A stretch of 63,598 nucleotides of DNA, the filler included, from Folioceros fuciformis (Eukaryota): NCBI GenBank assembly GCA_049999805.1. It is 11 parts of 11 records of this genome, joined end to end, with 100 filler letters (N's around TTAATTAATTAA, not from the genome) between each part and the next. Parts side by side here need not be neighbours in the genome. Positions count along the whole stretch, not along the records: positions 1 to 6,267 come from JBNGIO010005200.1; positions 6,368 to 12,358 come from JBNGIO010005201.1; 9 more parts are not named here. One strand, written 5' to 3'. Position numbers and translations under genes: made by a program. The notes below the pieces were generated by a model. That model made no database searches and was not told the DNA's origin. It worked only from the letters and a program-made list of their open reading frames with translations. The number at the start of each line of letters is the position of its first letter. The stretch's first letter is position 1. This document shows positions 1 through 12,458 of this stretch, in pieces.

Positions 1-192
1 AGACCTCTCCTTTCCCTTTCCTCCGCTCGCTCACATCTCAAATGCTCCCACGCCTTCATAAATCTGAAACAAGTCGTCTCTTTTGGATCCACCTTTTTAA
101 ATATTAAAACACTAAGGGACACTAAGGGCTTGAAGGAAAAGCGACCAAGGGAAGAATGCGTAGATGCCCATTCAGCGATGCAAGAGGCGGAA

Positions 193-286
193 GGAAGACC
201 TTAGGAGCCACAAATTGGAAGACCTTAGGAGCCACAAATTGGAAGACCTTAGGAGCCACAAATTGGAAGTCCTTAGGAGCCACAAA
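193..286. repeat. 24-bp tandem repeat x4 (GGAAGACCTTAGGAGCCACAAATT) upstream of gypsy gag
   Basis: Units start at 193, 217, 241 and 265; explains the spurious repetitive ORFs 156-353 and 164-403. Confidence 0.95.
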
Positions 287-593
287 GGGGTTTCCGGAGC
301 TTTATCTAGACGTCATGGGACTCGAAGTGGGACTGGAAGGACCAAAGGAGTGATACAACAATTGAAGGCGCGTCACCGTACCAATCCCACTAGGGGGACA
401 TAGCTATCACTGACCTGTGGAATGTGACCTGTGGAGTGGCATATGCCCACCCTTTTACAGGTATCTCCAGAGGCGTACCCTTTCTCCAGAGGCGAACCCT
501 TGGCCTCTGGAGAACCCTTGGCTAACAACGTAACCAGTATCCTTTTTCCGAGGCGTACCCTTGGCTAACAACGTTACCAGTATCCTACGGCGG

Positions 594-676
594 GACTTTG
601 GGCACTGGACGGGTCTAGACCTTTGGGCTCTGGACGGGTCTACTAGACCTTTGGGCACTGGACGGGTCTAGACCTA
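594..676. repeat. ~25-bp tandem repeat x3 (GACCTTTGGGCACTGGACGGGTCTA) in retroelement LTR/leader
   Basis: Three near-identical units read directly; other short duplications at 464-585. Confidence 0.85.
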
Positions 677-929
677 TGATCCTCCCCGACTCCCGAGCAA
701 GATCACGATATCACGACATCGACAAGAACTAGTAAGAAAAAAAAAATCGAAACAATTCATATACATGGATGGTCGTTGCAAGCAGTGAACCCAGTATAGT
801 GCACGAGAGTCTGAACCTAAGTACCTAGTATATATTGTGATTGAGTGACAAATCAGAAGAGTCAGCTTCTCACGGTCAAGCTTTCTAACACTGTAGGCAT
901 CTATAGCACCTGGCTAGCAAGATCAAAGG

Positions 930-1886
930 ATGTTTAGATCGACAAACAGGCGCTATGGCGAAATGCCCACCCTACCCACCTTCTTTGGGACCCCAGCTGA
1001 TGATCCAGATGAGCATTTATTGAACTTCAAGAATGCTATGAAATCTAGGATCATGGGGACTGAAAAGAAGTACCTAAAGTATTTTCCCACCTCGCTCCAT
1101 GGACGAGCAAAAGCTTGGTATGAGAAACTCAAGGGTGTGGATCAACTTGATTGGGCTGGTCTTTGTTGTGCATTCCTTGTCAAGTTTCGAAGCCCCACCT
1201 TCCTTAGGGACTGTCACAAGCAACTTCTTGACCTGTATCAGGATGATCATGAAACTCTGACTAGTTACATCAATAGAGCGAGTATCCTCAATGAGAAGCT
1301 AGGGTATGAGGGAGAGAGGCAAAGAGAGGTCGTTCTGCACTTTGTCCATGGCCTTAGGCCTGATTTATTCACCCGTAAGATGGAAGAGACTCCTGATCTA
1401 ACTCTGGAAGGAGTCATGGATCTTGCTCTGGAGAAAAGCCGGAATCGAAGACGTCATAGAGGTGGAAGGGGCCATCGGCGTGAAGTTTACCGCTACGATC
1501 AAGGATCTTCAGACTCTAGTCGAAGTCCATCCCCGGTCACACCACTTGCACCACACTGGACCAGAAAAGGAAGGATCAATGAAGGAGAAACCACTGCTGG
1601 ACCTAGTAATGCTGAAATCGCCAAGAGAATGTCTGACCTTGAAACCCTGGTGTAGGAGATGTGTTCCCTGGCAGCTACACTTAACACGAAGGAGGACAAG
1701 GCACGTGCACCCTGCAAAGTGAAAGGAGCATGCACCAAGTGTGGGGAAACATGCCACACCGACTGGTCTTGCCCAAAGTTTCCGCAAACCGTCACCAACC
1801 AAGGCCCGAGAACGAAGCCAGTACAACCACGATACAACCAGCAAATAGTTTCAGTGTCGAAGAGTCGTCTCGAGAGGAGACAATGA
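930..1886 (+). pseudogene. gag: Gypsy Gag with CCHC zinc knuckle
   Basis: PTFFGTPADDPDEHL, FPTSLHGRAKAWY, QDDHETLTSYINR, FVHGLRP; after an in-frame TAG at 1653-1655, CTKCGETCHTDWSC (CX2CX4HX4C). Confidence 0.85.
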
Positions 1887-2425
1887 GAGGAGTGTTCTCT
1901 AACTGCATTCCCACCCCTCGCATCTTCGCTATTGGAGATGAGGATATGAAGATCAGGGATAAAGAGGAGGATGACAAGGAAGAGGAGGTGAGGAGGAAGT
2001 CCAAGCAGCAACGGCGAGAGGCAAATCTTGCAGGGCCTGAGGTGGTCATGAAAGATGCTGAGGATCCCTCTATTTCTGCCAAGCCTAAGCGAAGGAGGAA
2101 GAAAGGATCAGTGCTACCACCAATCGCCAAAGACACACCTAGGTATTCCCTGGTAGACGACATCGTTTACAGGCCGGTGAAGATGACCTTCAAACAACTC
2201 TTTGGTACAGTTCCATCTGCACGAAAAGAAATGGCTGCTGCTTTAAGTACCCGAGAAGCAAAATCAAAAAGAAATAAAGCCAAGGCAGTGGGAGAGACAA
2301 AGGAAGAAGCTGCCGGGACTTCTGCAGTTCTAAAGATAGGAGATCGGAGTGCGAAAGGTGGGTGGCTGCAGAAACATGATCCTCCTTTTGTCAAGGCTTG
2401 GGTGAACGATTGAGAAGTCCACGAC

Positions 2426-2818
2426 GTGATTGTGGATGGCGGAACCTCAACAAACATTTTGAATGATAAGTGGCTTGCCCGACTCAATTTGCAGGACGCG
2501 AAGCTTAGGCCTTGTAGGAAGGTATTCAAGAATGCTTCTAATGTCCCGCTGCCTATGAAAGGAATCATAGACGGAATGAAAGTCATAGTGGAAGGAGTAA
2601 AGGTATCCATGGGGTTCGTTGTGGTTGAGCTCCCTGAACATGCTTATGGGATCACCTTCGGTCAGCCCTGGTTGGAGCTAGTGAAGGGAAGTCATGATTG
2701 GGACACGAGTATCTTGGAGATTGGACCAACACGGAAGCGAATCCAAGTTCCATCGTGGAAACCTGCAAAGGTGGAGATGAGCGACTCTACAACTACCAGT
2801 GAGTCAGGGAGTACATGA
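2426..2818 (+). pseudogene. Gypsy aspartic protease (DGG variant)
   Basis: IVDGGTSTNIL active site; YGITFGQPWL C-terminal motif. Confidence 0.85.
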
Positions 2819-2866
2819 AGTGAAGGGGAAGCAACGATATAGGAGGAGGATGACTCTGAGCTTGAC

Positions 2867-4340
2867 ATGGACCAAGATTCAGAAGCATTCAGTTCCGATG
2901 CAGAAGTGCTGCATGCTCTATCAATCAGGATGGCGATGGATAAGGAACCAGCGTTCTCTGTGGCGTACCCAACTACTCAAGAGCTCAAGTTTCCAACCCC
3001 TAATGGCAAGGAGAAGACAGCGAGGGTAGGGGCCCAACTTCATGGTGAGGAGCTGAAACCATACCAAGACTTGTTTTCCAAATTTCATGATATCTTCATT
3101 ACAGAGCACACGGAGATGCCAGCCACCAACCTGGGAGAGTTTCGCATCAACATCCCAGCTGACACGAAACCCAAAATGCAAAAGTTACGAAGGTTGTTCC
3201 CCAAACACATGCAGGAGGTGAAGGAAGAGGTAGAGCGGCTCTTAGAAGCTGGTTGCATCAAGCCTGTAGAAGAGCCAGAGTGGGTGTCCCCCATTGTGAT
3301 TTCAGTGAAGAAGAATGGGAAGATTCGGATGTGTGTGGACTTTCGAGAACTGAACAAGGCAACAATGAAGGACAAGTAACCTCTGCCTTTCACTGACGAG
3401 ATCTTGGACGAGGTGGCAGGACATGAAATGTACTCCTTTTGCGATGGTTACAGTGGGTTCCACCAAGTCGCGATTGCCAAGGAAGATCAACCCAAGACTG
3501 TGTTTGTTACCCCATGGGGAGTATTCATGTATAAAGTAATGTCATTTGGCCTCTGTAATGCGCCATCAGTCTTTCATAGGTTTATGGTTGAAGCATTGCA
3601 GACCACCATAGGGAAGTGTCTCAGAGTTTTCCTTGACGACTTTGCTGTCTACGAGAAACGAGCTGAACATCTTGCCCACCTAGAGTTGGTCTTCAGTTGC
3701 CTTCAAAAAGCAAGACTAGGTCTTAACCCACATAAGTGTGCGTTTGGCATCAAGGGTGGTGAACTCCTAGGCTTTATGGTCGACAACACTAGGGTCAAGG
3801 CTGATCCAAAGAAAGTTGAAAATATCATGAGGAGACCTCCACCAGCTTCACAAACAGAGGCAAGGTCCTTTGTCCAAGCAGCTCGTTATTATCGACGGCT
3901 AGTCCCGTCCTTCACTGATGCAGCAGCTCCTCTCTACAAGCTGTTCCGTAAAACCCAAGGCTGGGACTGGGATGATGCTGCTGATAAGGCTTTTGTTGGG
4001 CTTAAGGCTTTGATGGCCTCAAACCAGGTGATGAGGAACCCTCAATGGGATTCTATGTTTTTTGTAAGTTTGGAGGTCACAGGAAACTCGTTGGAGTACA
4101 ACCTTTTCCAGAAGAGTGCTGTGTCTAATCTTTTCCATCCTGTGTAGTTTGGAGGACGCTTGTTAACGAATTGTGAGTCAAGGTACAATGATGTAGAAAA
4201 AACTGCAGCAGCAATGGTGCCAGCAACCCGAAAATACCACCACTACCTAACAGGTAACAAATTTGTATTCCTTGTTAGGCTACATCCCATCCGATACCTC
4301 ATGAACTTGCCAAACCCCACTGGCCGATTTGCTCGACCAT
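2867..4340 (+). pseudogene. pol: Gypsy reverse transcriptase and N-terminal RNase H
   Basis: WVSPIVISVKKNGKIRMCVDFRELN, DGYSGFHQV, FGLCNAP, VFLDDF, YNDVEKT; stops at 3377 and 4145. Confidence 0.93.
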
Positions 4341-4379
4341 TGGGCTACCCCCAAGGTGCGGGTTACCATCAAGTGTTTC

Positions 4380-4664
4380 TGTAGGACCGCTAGAGGAGTT
4401 ACATAGTGAAGGAGGAGAGGCAAAGAGGAGGAGAAAGGAGAGGTCACACTCTCACAATAGAGTCTCAATAGCAAGGGAGCTCAAGGGGGTATTTATACCC
4501 TCTAGAAGAGCTCCCTAGGAAGCTTCACAAGAAGCGCACAGGAAGCTGTGCAAAAAGCTTCCTGCAGATTAGCTTAAGCTAATCTAAACTAATGGTACTT
4601 AACTGGACACTAATCTTAAACTAAACACATTAGTCTAAGCACATTGGGCTTTAATAACCCTACA
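4380..4664 (-). mobile_element. 3' LTR (285 bp) of a Tnt1/Tork-like copia element
   Basis: TGTAGG...CCTACA terminal inverted repeats; PPT (AAGGGGGAGG on minus) at 4666-4675; TATA box at 4490-4497; homologous to 28299-28607 and 8468-8628. Confidence 0.9.
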
Positions 4665-4706
4665 ACCTCCCCCTTAAAGGCCAATTTACCTTCATAGGAG
4701 AGCGGT

Positions 4707-6267
4707 CTACCTCATGCCCATGAGTGTCCGAGCTTGTGCAAATTGCTCCGAAGAGAGCCCCTTGGTAAGAACATCTTTAGAGTTCTGACTGGTGTGAACT
4801 TTGACAAGTTGCACCCTCTTGTCTTCCAACACCTCTCGAATAAAGTGATACTTCACTTCCACATATTTGGTCTTCGCATGAAACAGTGGATTCTTCGCCA
4901 ATTGGATAGCACTCTGGCTATCACAATGCAACACTAGCAGCTCAACCTTGATCCCCAAATCTCCCACTAAACGAGTAAGCCACATGGCTTCCTTGCACGC
5001 CTCAGTCGCTGCAACATACTCGGCCTCTGTGGTAGATAGCATTATGCACGATTGCAAACGAGATCGCCATGAGACTGCCCCTCCACTGCACATGAAGACA
5101 TAACCTGATGTGGACCTCCTTTTGTCCCTATCCCCTGCATAATCAGCATCCGTATATCCCACGACAGATGCATCTTCACTACCAAAACATAAGCACAAAG
5201 CTTTTGTACCATTCAAGTACCTCATAACTCCTTTCACTGCCTCCCAATGCTTCCTGCCAGGGTTTGACATAAACCTGCTAACCACTCCCACTGCAACAGC
5301 AATGTCAGGACGTATAGCAATCATTGCATACATCAAACTCCCTACAGCTGATGAGTATGGAACCTTCTCCATTTCAGCTTTGTCCTCCACAGAGCTTGGG
5401 CAATCCTTGCTTGAAAGTTTCACATATGGAGGCAACGGCGTACTCAATATCTTCCCCTTCTCCATATTGAAATGTTGAAGCACCTTGTTAATGTATTCAG
5501 TCTGAGACAAGTACAGCAAACGCTTCTGTCTATCTCAACGAATATGCATGCCAAGAATATGGCTTGCCTCTCCCAAGTCTGTCATGTCAAAGCGAGCATT
5601 CAACTTTGACTTCAACGCAGAAATCTCATCACTGTTAGTCCCGGCAATTAGCATATCATCCACATAGAGGACCAGAATGAGCAAGCTGCCATCCTTAGCT
5701 TGCTTCGTATAGAGGCAATGATCCTCATCGCTACGTTTGTAGCCTTGAGAAAGCATAAATGAGTGGAACTTGAAATACCACTCCCTGGGTGCCTGCTTCA
5801 AACCATAAAGGCTCTTCTTTAACTTGCACACCAAACTCTCTTTGTTCTTCTCAATGAAACCCTTTGGTTGCTGCATATATACCTCTTCCTGGAGATCACC
5901 ATGCAAAAATGCCGACTTCACATCCCTCTAGATAAGTTCCATGTCGTTCCTTGCAACCAGACCAAGAACACATCGCAAGGTGGTCATTTTGACAACCGGT
6001 GAGAAAATCTCATCAAAGTCAATACCTTGCTGTTGCTTAAAACCCTTAGCAACCAATCGTGCCTTGTACTTGGGTTTGCCATAGTAGGGTATGTCCTTCA
6101 TCTTATACACCCATTTGCATGGCAACGCCTTCTTGCCCCTAGGCAACCGAACCAACTCCCAAGTCTGGTTCTTGTGGAGCGAATCCATCTCCGACTGCAT
6201 CGCCTTCTCCCACTTGTCCTTGTCAGTCACTTACATGGCCTCTTGGTAACAAGAGGGCTCCCCACAA
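4707..6267 (-). pseudogene. pol: Ty1/copia RT-RNase H (Tnt1/Tork-like), with in-frame stops
   Basis: KARLVAKGF, DFDEIFSPVVK, LYGLKQAPR, YVDDML, GYTDADYAGD, STTEAEY, CDSQSAI, DVLTK. Confidence 0.95.
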
Positions 6268-6367
6268 NNNNNNNNNNNNNNNNNNNNNNNNNNNNNNNNN
6301 NNNNNNNNNNNTTAATTAATTAANNNNNNNNNNNNNNNNNNNNNNNNNNNNNNNNNNNNNNNNNNNN
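6268..6367. other. Artificial contig spacer N44-TTAATTAATTAA-N44
   Basis: Identical 100-bp spacer occurs 10 times; the palindromic 12-mer has stops in all six frames. Confidence 0.98.
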
Positions 6368-6418
6368 TTAGCTATAGTCAAATCTAGCAAATGATTATGT
6401 AATGATACTTAACAAGCC

Positions 6419-8460
6419 ATGCCAGGTGAGGGGCAACCCGCTTCCGCGACTGGCGGATCACGGGAGGGTCTTGGGAATATAGACGTTCGATCTAGAGTAG
6501 GTGCTGAGAAGGGGAGAGCGTGGATTGACGAGGCTCTTAATTTGGTAGAGGCCATCATGGACCAAAAGTTCATGGTCACTTTTGGACAGCTCCTCAGGGA
6601 CACCCCACGATACCGGCAGCAAGTATGGCGGCCGCTGAACGCTACCCAGCCTAAGAAAAAGCAAAGCATGCCGAGAGTAAGATCGAGACCCCTTGCTATG
6701 AACCTGGTGGCTATGACGGATCAAGGACTAGCGGAGTTACAAATAGAAATTGCAGGTTGTGTGATCAAGAAAGTATCTTTGGACACCGGGACATGAGTGA
6801 ATATCATGACAGAAATCACGGCCCGGAAATTGGGACTGGAAATTGAGCACACGGCCAAGGTTCTGCGCCTTGCAGACATGTCAAAAATGGCGCCTGTAGG
6901 TGAGATAACCGGGGTGCTGACCCAACTTGGTACTATCCCGTATCTTATGGACTACGTGGTTATCAAACAGAAAGCTCCTAGATATGATGTGTTGATTGGC
7001 CGAACGTGGATGTATGGGGCCCGGTGTACCTTTAGGTGGGGACGGAAGGAAGTAGGATTCAAACCTTTGGACTGGGATCCTAAGGTCAAGGAAGGGCGGA
7101 TATGTCTGTCCTAGAGTAGGGATATGTATGCGAGAGAGACACCCACTGAGACTGATGGGTGCACCTCGGCAGAGGACACGGATGGGGAAGGGGATGAGGA
7201 GGAAAGGTTTCCCTTTGCCCGCATTTCTTAGTCAGACGAGGAGAAGGATTGCCAGAGGGACTTGCCCCATCTGATGAGCTGCTACGGAGTAACGGTCGAT
7301 TGTGCGCTCGTGGAACCCGTTACCGAGGTAGTGGAATCCACTACTGAGGTAGTTGAACCAAGGGAGTCAAAAGTGGTGGAACAGGAAACCGAGGCACCAG
7401 CGCTTGAGGAGCCGTAGGAGGACGTCACGCGTTCCACCTCGGAGGAACTATTCCATGAATGGGGGATGCGTGAAACTAAACCTCGACGACCAGAAGAAGG
7501 ATTCGGAGTTACCTCGGCACCTGTGGAGCAAGAATGGGTACAAGCGGATGAAATCAAGGACGTGGAGGTGCTGCCAAGAAAGGTTCTCAAGTTCTTGACA
7601 AAGTTGGACGAGGTGTTGGAACAAGGGATGAAGGATTTATTGGCAGAATTCATCAATGTTTTCGCCTTCGATGTCACGGATATGAAGGGCATACCCAAGG
7701 AGTGGGGGGAGCACAAGATTGAGTTAGTACCTGGGGCTATTCCAGTCAGAATTCCACACTATAAGCTGAACCCGAAGTATTCACTGAAGGTAAAGGAGCA
7801 GCTGGAACTGTACCTCAGGGCGAATATCATCTATCCCATTGTTACCTCGGAATGGGTAGCGCCGATTGTGGTGGTACCTAAGAAGCATTTGGGTAAGATA
7901 CGGGTATGTCAAGACTGGCGAAGGTTGAACAAGGTAACCCAAAAGGACCACTTCCCACCTCCGTTCATCGATAGCATTCTGGACCTAGTTGCAGGACGAA
8001 TGGTGTATTCCTTTTTAGATGGTTACTCTAGATATAACTAGCTTCATCTCCGAAAGAGCGACTGGCCTCTGACTGCGTTTACCACAAATTGGGGAACCTA
8101 CGCCTACAAGCGCAATGCCTTTGGACTGACTAAAGCGCCGGGATCTTTCTTGAGGGTGATAGTAAAAATTTAGGATTTCAAGGATTTCCTCCAAGACTTC
8201 ATGGAAGTATTTATGGACGACTTCTGTGTGTTTGGAGCAGAAAACGACCACTTGGGACACTTGCGCAAGTGTCTGGAGAGATGTAGGGAAGCTAACACCT
8301 GGGACACTTGCGCAACTGTCTGGAGAGATGCAGGGAAGCTAAACTGTGGCTACATTTGGAGAACTGCTATTTCGGCATGGCCGAAGGAATCTTGTTGGGG
8401 CATCGAATCTCAGCGAGGTGGATAGAGGTGGATCTTGACGAAGTAAAATGATAGCTGCCC
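6419..8460 (+). mobile_element. Degenerate Ty3/gypsy gag-end/protease/RT, related to the 930-4340 element
   Basis: VTFGQLL..P motif, SLDTGT protease site, YDVLIGRTW, WVAPIVVVPKK, LDGYSRYN, VFMDDF; many stops and a 47-bp duplication. Confidence 0.92.
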
Positions 8461-8467
8461 TCCAACT

Positions 8468-8628
8468 TGTAGGGTTATTAAAGCCCAATGTGCTTAGACT
8501 AATGTGTTTAGTCCAAGATTAGTGTCTAGTTAAGTATCATTAGTTTAGATTAGCTTAAGCTAATCAGTAGGAAGCTTCTTGCGCAGCTTCCTGTGCGCTT
8601 CTTGTGAAGCTTCCTTGGGAGCTCTTTT
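8468..8628 (+). mobile_element. 5' half of the same copia LTR family as 4380-4664 and 28299-28607
   Basis: Starts TGTAGGGTTATTAAAGCCCAATGTGCTTAGACTAATG; homology stops at ~8628. Confidence 0.88.
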
Positions 8629-8804
8629 ACTGGGTTGTGGGCAAGCGCGTGTGGTATCCCTACCAGGCACCCGCTCACATGTATCATGGCCACATCAATC
8701 CCATGATCGTTGTAGGCTTCCCCAGATTCGCTCCCCTCTGAGCCTGGTCAGCTACGTATATCATTCCCCCTACAATAATCAACCCTCCCAATTACGTACC
8801 TACT

Positions 8805-9310
8805 AATCCTGCAACACGTCCAGTCAGTAGGTAGGCACCATTCCTTCACTTGGAAGGGCCCCAGTACTTGCCCCTACCAATTTCTACCTCCCAATCTGCA
8901 ACACGTCCAATCAGTAGATAGGCACCATTCCTTCACTTGGAAGGGCCCCAGTACCTCCCCCTACCGATTTCTACCTCCCAATCATGCACCTTTTCCTCAC
9001 AAGACTCCCTACAACACCTTCCTCAACCAACAATCTAGCTGCTCGTCTCCCTACGCCCAACGACCAAGCTTTCCTCCAAGCCTGCTCCGCTCCTCCAATT
9101 GTGTTTATCGCTCACCTTCGACATTCAACCTTCCCTAGTGCATACCTTCAACACATTCAGTCGGTAGGAAGGCACCATTCCTTCACTTGGAAGGGCCCTA
9201 GTAGCTCCCCCTACCGATTTCTACCTACCTACACCCAACACCTCTTCCTCACAAGTCTCCTCACAACACCTTCTACAGCGATCCAACTACTCCTACGTCC
9301 AACGACCAAC
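8805..9310. repeat. Imperfect repeats (three copies of GGCACCATTCCTTCACTTGGAAGGGCCC plus flanks) in a non-coding retroelement-like region
   Basis: Copies near 8834, 8921 and 9171; the 9235-9310 part matches the reverse complement of 37385-37464. Confidence 0.8.
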
Positions 9311-9737
9311 AAGGTTTTCCTTGGGCCGGTTGTTGCGTGCTTGTGCTTGTTAGCGAGAACTTCTAGGGAGTCTTTCCCTGGAGTCTACGCTTAAGCCAAC
9401 AGTCACACAGGTATTGACACACACCTATAGTAGCACAACAACCATTCACAAGGGAAGCGACTTGCAGGGGTGCCCATGGAAGAAAATGAGGCCCGCCAAG
9501 CACTTCGACCAGTGCAACTCTAGCCACAACTAAGCGCTGTGATGGCACACAACTAGCAATGAGATTCCTACGCTCTGTTGAGCATGAGAACTTGCCATGA
9601 GAAGGGTGCAGAATGTGGTGGTTCATTTCTTTGTGTAGCCTCTCCTTATAGGAGAGATCGACACATAAGCCCTCTCCTACATGTAGGTGGTGGGCTACCC
9701 TTCTCTCATACTAGGCACCACCAACTTTAACTGCGGA

Positions 9738-9992
9738 CACCTACCAAGAGGCTAAGTCCTACCAATAATTGCTAAGGCAGTGCGCACCGATGAAGATTAG
9801 GACTGTCGATGCCGCCATAGAAGATTCATTGACCCCGTTTTCAAAAAGGTATGGCTAGGATGGCTCCTGAAGGGAGGCAGAGTTTGAAGGTTGAGCCACT
9901 GGGATCCCCTCCATTATTAGGATTCATCTTCTTTTGGATCCACGAGCTTCCACCGTACCTTCCTCTATGTGGATCTCTTGGGCTATCCCTTT
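9738..9992 (+). repeat. Dispersed repeat, inverted homologue of 36903-37162
   Basis: Colinear match by eye, e.g. GATGAAGATTAGGACT vs AGTCCTAATCTTCATC and GGCTAGGATGGCTCCTGAAGGGAGGC vs GCCTCCCTTCAGGAGCCATCCTAGCC. Confidence 0.85.
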
Positions 9993-10589
9993 GTGGAGTC
10001 CACATGACGAACAGATTCCTTGGAAAATGGTAGTGTTTTTTTTTTTCGGGGTTTCTGATGGATTTCGTAAAGAAGTGGTTAGAAGATTAGGCTAGATTAG
10101 AGGTTAGATTAGTGGTTAGTGAATAGGGTCTAAGTAGGAAGTGTGGTAGGTAGGTCTAGGTTCCTCTGCTTAGGTGTTCAGATCTGTGTGGAACCCTAGA
10201 TCTGTGAGTAGGAGGCGAGTAGGGTTCCATGGAGTGGGCAGGCGGTGCACGAGGATGCGTAGCCGGAACACGGCGAACTGATGAGCAGCATGGCAGGAAT
10301 AGCGGTGCTGCTATGCCCGTATGGGTGGGAGGACCCGAGTTACGATCCTCTACAGCTGGCCATCAGGGAGTCGGCAGCCCCTCAACTGTGGCTTCTACAT
10401 CAACCTCAACCCGTGCCTACAGGAGGTCAGAAAGTCACATTGTGGAAGTGTACAGGGAGATTTGGAAATTTGTCATGGTAGATCTACTATGACCGGGGCT
10501 CAAGGATGCAGAGCACGGACTGCTAGATTCGTTTAAGGGCTCGATGAATAAAGTGGTGTACTACAGTGCAACGACGGGCATTGGCATAG

Positions 10590-12020
10590 GGCTCCAGATA
10601 GGCTGTGCGGCTGGCTGGATTCAAACCAGCAGCGCAAGCAGGCCAGGGCAGCGCTGAATCCAGGCGAGTTGATCGGGCTGCGCGGGTCAGGGTGGATCTA
10701 AGCAAGGTCGGAGCCAGGAGCAGGCCAAGAGCCGACTGGTTGGCTGGCTGCTAAGGAGCCTAGCCAACAGCCCAACCCAGCCTAGCAGCAGGCAGCCAGG
10801 TTGCCGCCTGACATCTGGTGGCTGGCGGTTGGGGGAAATCGGCTAGGCGGAGGTTGGCGGCTTGGGTGGGCGACCTGGCTGGTCACGCTTGGGTCAGCCA
10901 GGCCGGGCCATGGCAACCGGGCATATGGCTGAGCCGCGGTAGTCCCGCGGTCTACTGGTCGAGATAGAGCCAGACAGGAGCTAGCTGGCAGGTACGTCCG
11001 GCTTGCCAGCTGGATCTAGCCAGCCAAGAGCTAGTTAGACAGTGGCCGGCTGGCTGGGGGAAGTCCTGGCCGGAGGGCGTTCCAGATTGGTAGGGTGAAT
11101 CCAGCAAGCAGCCAAGCCGAGCAGGCTGGCTGCCTGGCTGGATCTGGAGGCCGGAGGCCAGCTAGCGGTCTCTGGCCAGTCGACTTGGGCAAGCAGCCGA
11201 CGGCCAAGGGAATCGGGCAAGCGGGCAGGTTGGCAGGGGGGGCCTGCTAGATCAGGCAGGCGGAACTAGGAAGCCAGGACGGCAGCAGGCTGGCTGGCAA
11301 GCGGCCAGCGCCGGATCGCTGTAACGGGCTGGTGGGATACTGGCGGCTGGCTCCAAGGGGCGGGATCCGATGGAGGCAGGTAGGCTGGTCGAGGCCGGGC
11401 AGAGCAAGCCAGCTTGTGGGTGGCCTAGTTGGTCGGTGGGTAGACCGACTATAGGGGGAATTCAGCCAGATAGCCAGGCCGATCTGGCAGGCTGGCAGGT
11501 GAATCCAAGCCCGGCCGGATCGCTAAGACTTGACGGGGCCAAGATGGCAGGATCTAGGCAACCATGGTAGGCTAGCCGGGATCGCGGATGGCAGGTTGGC
11601 TGGCTAGACGGCTCTGAGCAGCCTAGATCGGGATCTAAGTTGGCTGGCTGCAGTGGACGGACTGGATCCAAGTGGTTGGCTAGCCTAAGCGAATGGCAAG
11701 GCGGCTAGCGGCTGGCGGCTGGTGGATGGATAAGCGGCTAGCCGCGGCTGGAGCCAAGCAAGTGGCCTGGTTGATCGGCTAGCAGGGGTAGCTACAGAGG
11801 ACGTGCATTTGGACAGGCGATCGGCTAGCTGGCCGGATCTGGCCATACATCTAGCTGGCAGGCTGGCCGAATTGGGGCCGGATCGCCAAGCATCTGGCAA
11901 GTGGGCCAACAAAGCAGGCAGGCCAGAGGTGGCATCGGATCGCCAGGCAGCCAGTGGGCTAGCCGGAAGCAGGTTGGCAGGGGGCTGGCTAGCGGAGCAG
12001 AAGGAGAAGGGCACCTTGCT
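10590..12020. repeat. GC-rich, G-skewed cryptic-simple sequence built from GGCTGGC/GGCAGG/GCTAGC/GGATC words
   Basis: Dense reshuffled short motifs; no credible ORF. Confidence 0.7.
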
Positions 12021-12358
12021 TGACACGTCCATGCTGCCCTCGCGCCTTTACATTGCACAAGACAACTCTCATGTTGATGGGGACAGGCAGGTTGTAGGTC
12101 ACTATCTCGAGGTGGCTGGGGCTAGAGATTCCCATGTTGCTCTGCCTGTGGAATCATATAGCAAGAAGAACCGCAGGGATTTGACGTCGGTGCATATTGC
12201 TCTTGAGTGGGGTGGTTGTGGCCAACTCTTTTTCCAGGTGTGGAGGCAAAACCCCGGGCACTGATTGCCGACGGGTTCCACCTTTAGTGGCCACACTTAT
12301 CCCACTGTCGTTGAGACATTGGGTTTCGTTCCCACGAAGGAGCGATGGGGTTCCTTGC

Positions 12359-12458
12359 NNNNNNNNNNNNNNNNNNNNNNNNNNNNNNNNNNNNNNNNNN
12401 NNTTAATTAATTAANNNNNNNNNNNNNNNNNNNNNNNNNNNNNNNNNNNNNNNNNNNN
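12359..12458. other. Artificial contig spacer
   Basis: N44-TTAATTAATTAA-N44. Confidence 0.98.

Larger units (their letters stand above)
930..4340 (+). mobile_element. Degenerate Ty3/gypsy LTR retrotransposon gag-pol (gag, zinc knuckle, protease, RT, RNase H), truncated near a copia LTR insertion
   Basis: Domain order gag-PR-RT-RH; several premature stops. Confidence 0.93.

Noticed and set aside
193-286. Repeat-protein ORFs 156-353 and 164-403
   Set aside because: By-products of a 24-bp tandem repeat that is open in two frames.
10229-12296. ORFs in and beside the GC-rich block, including a minus-strand MRVVLCNVKARG reminiscent of a LINE endonuclease start
   Set aside because: No downstream endonuclease motifs; similarity too short to support.
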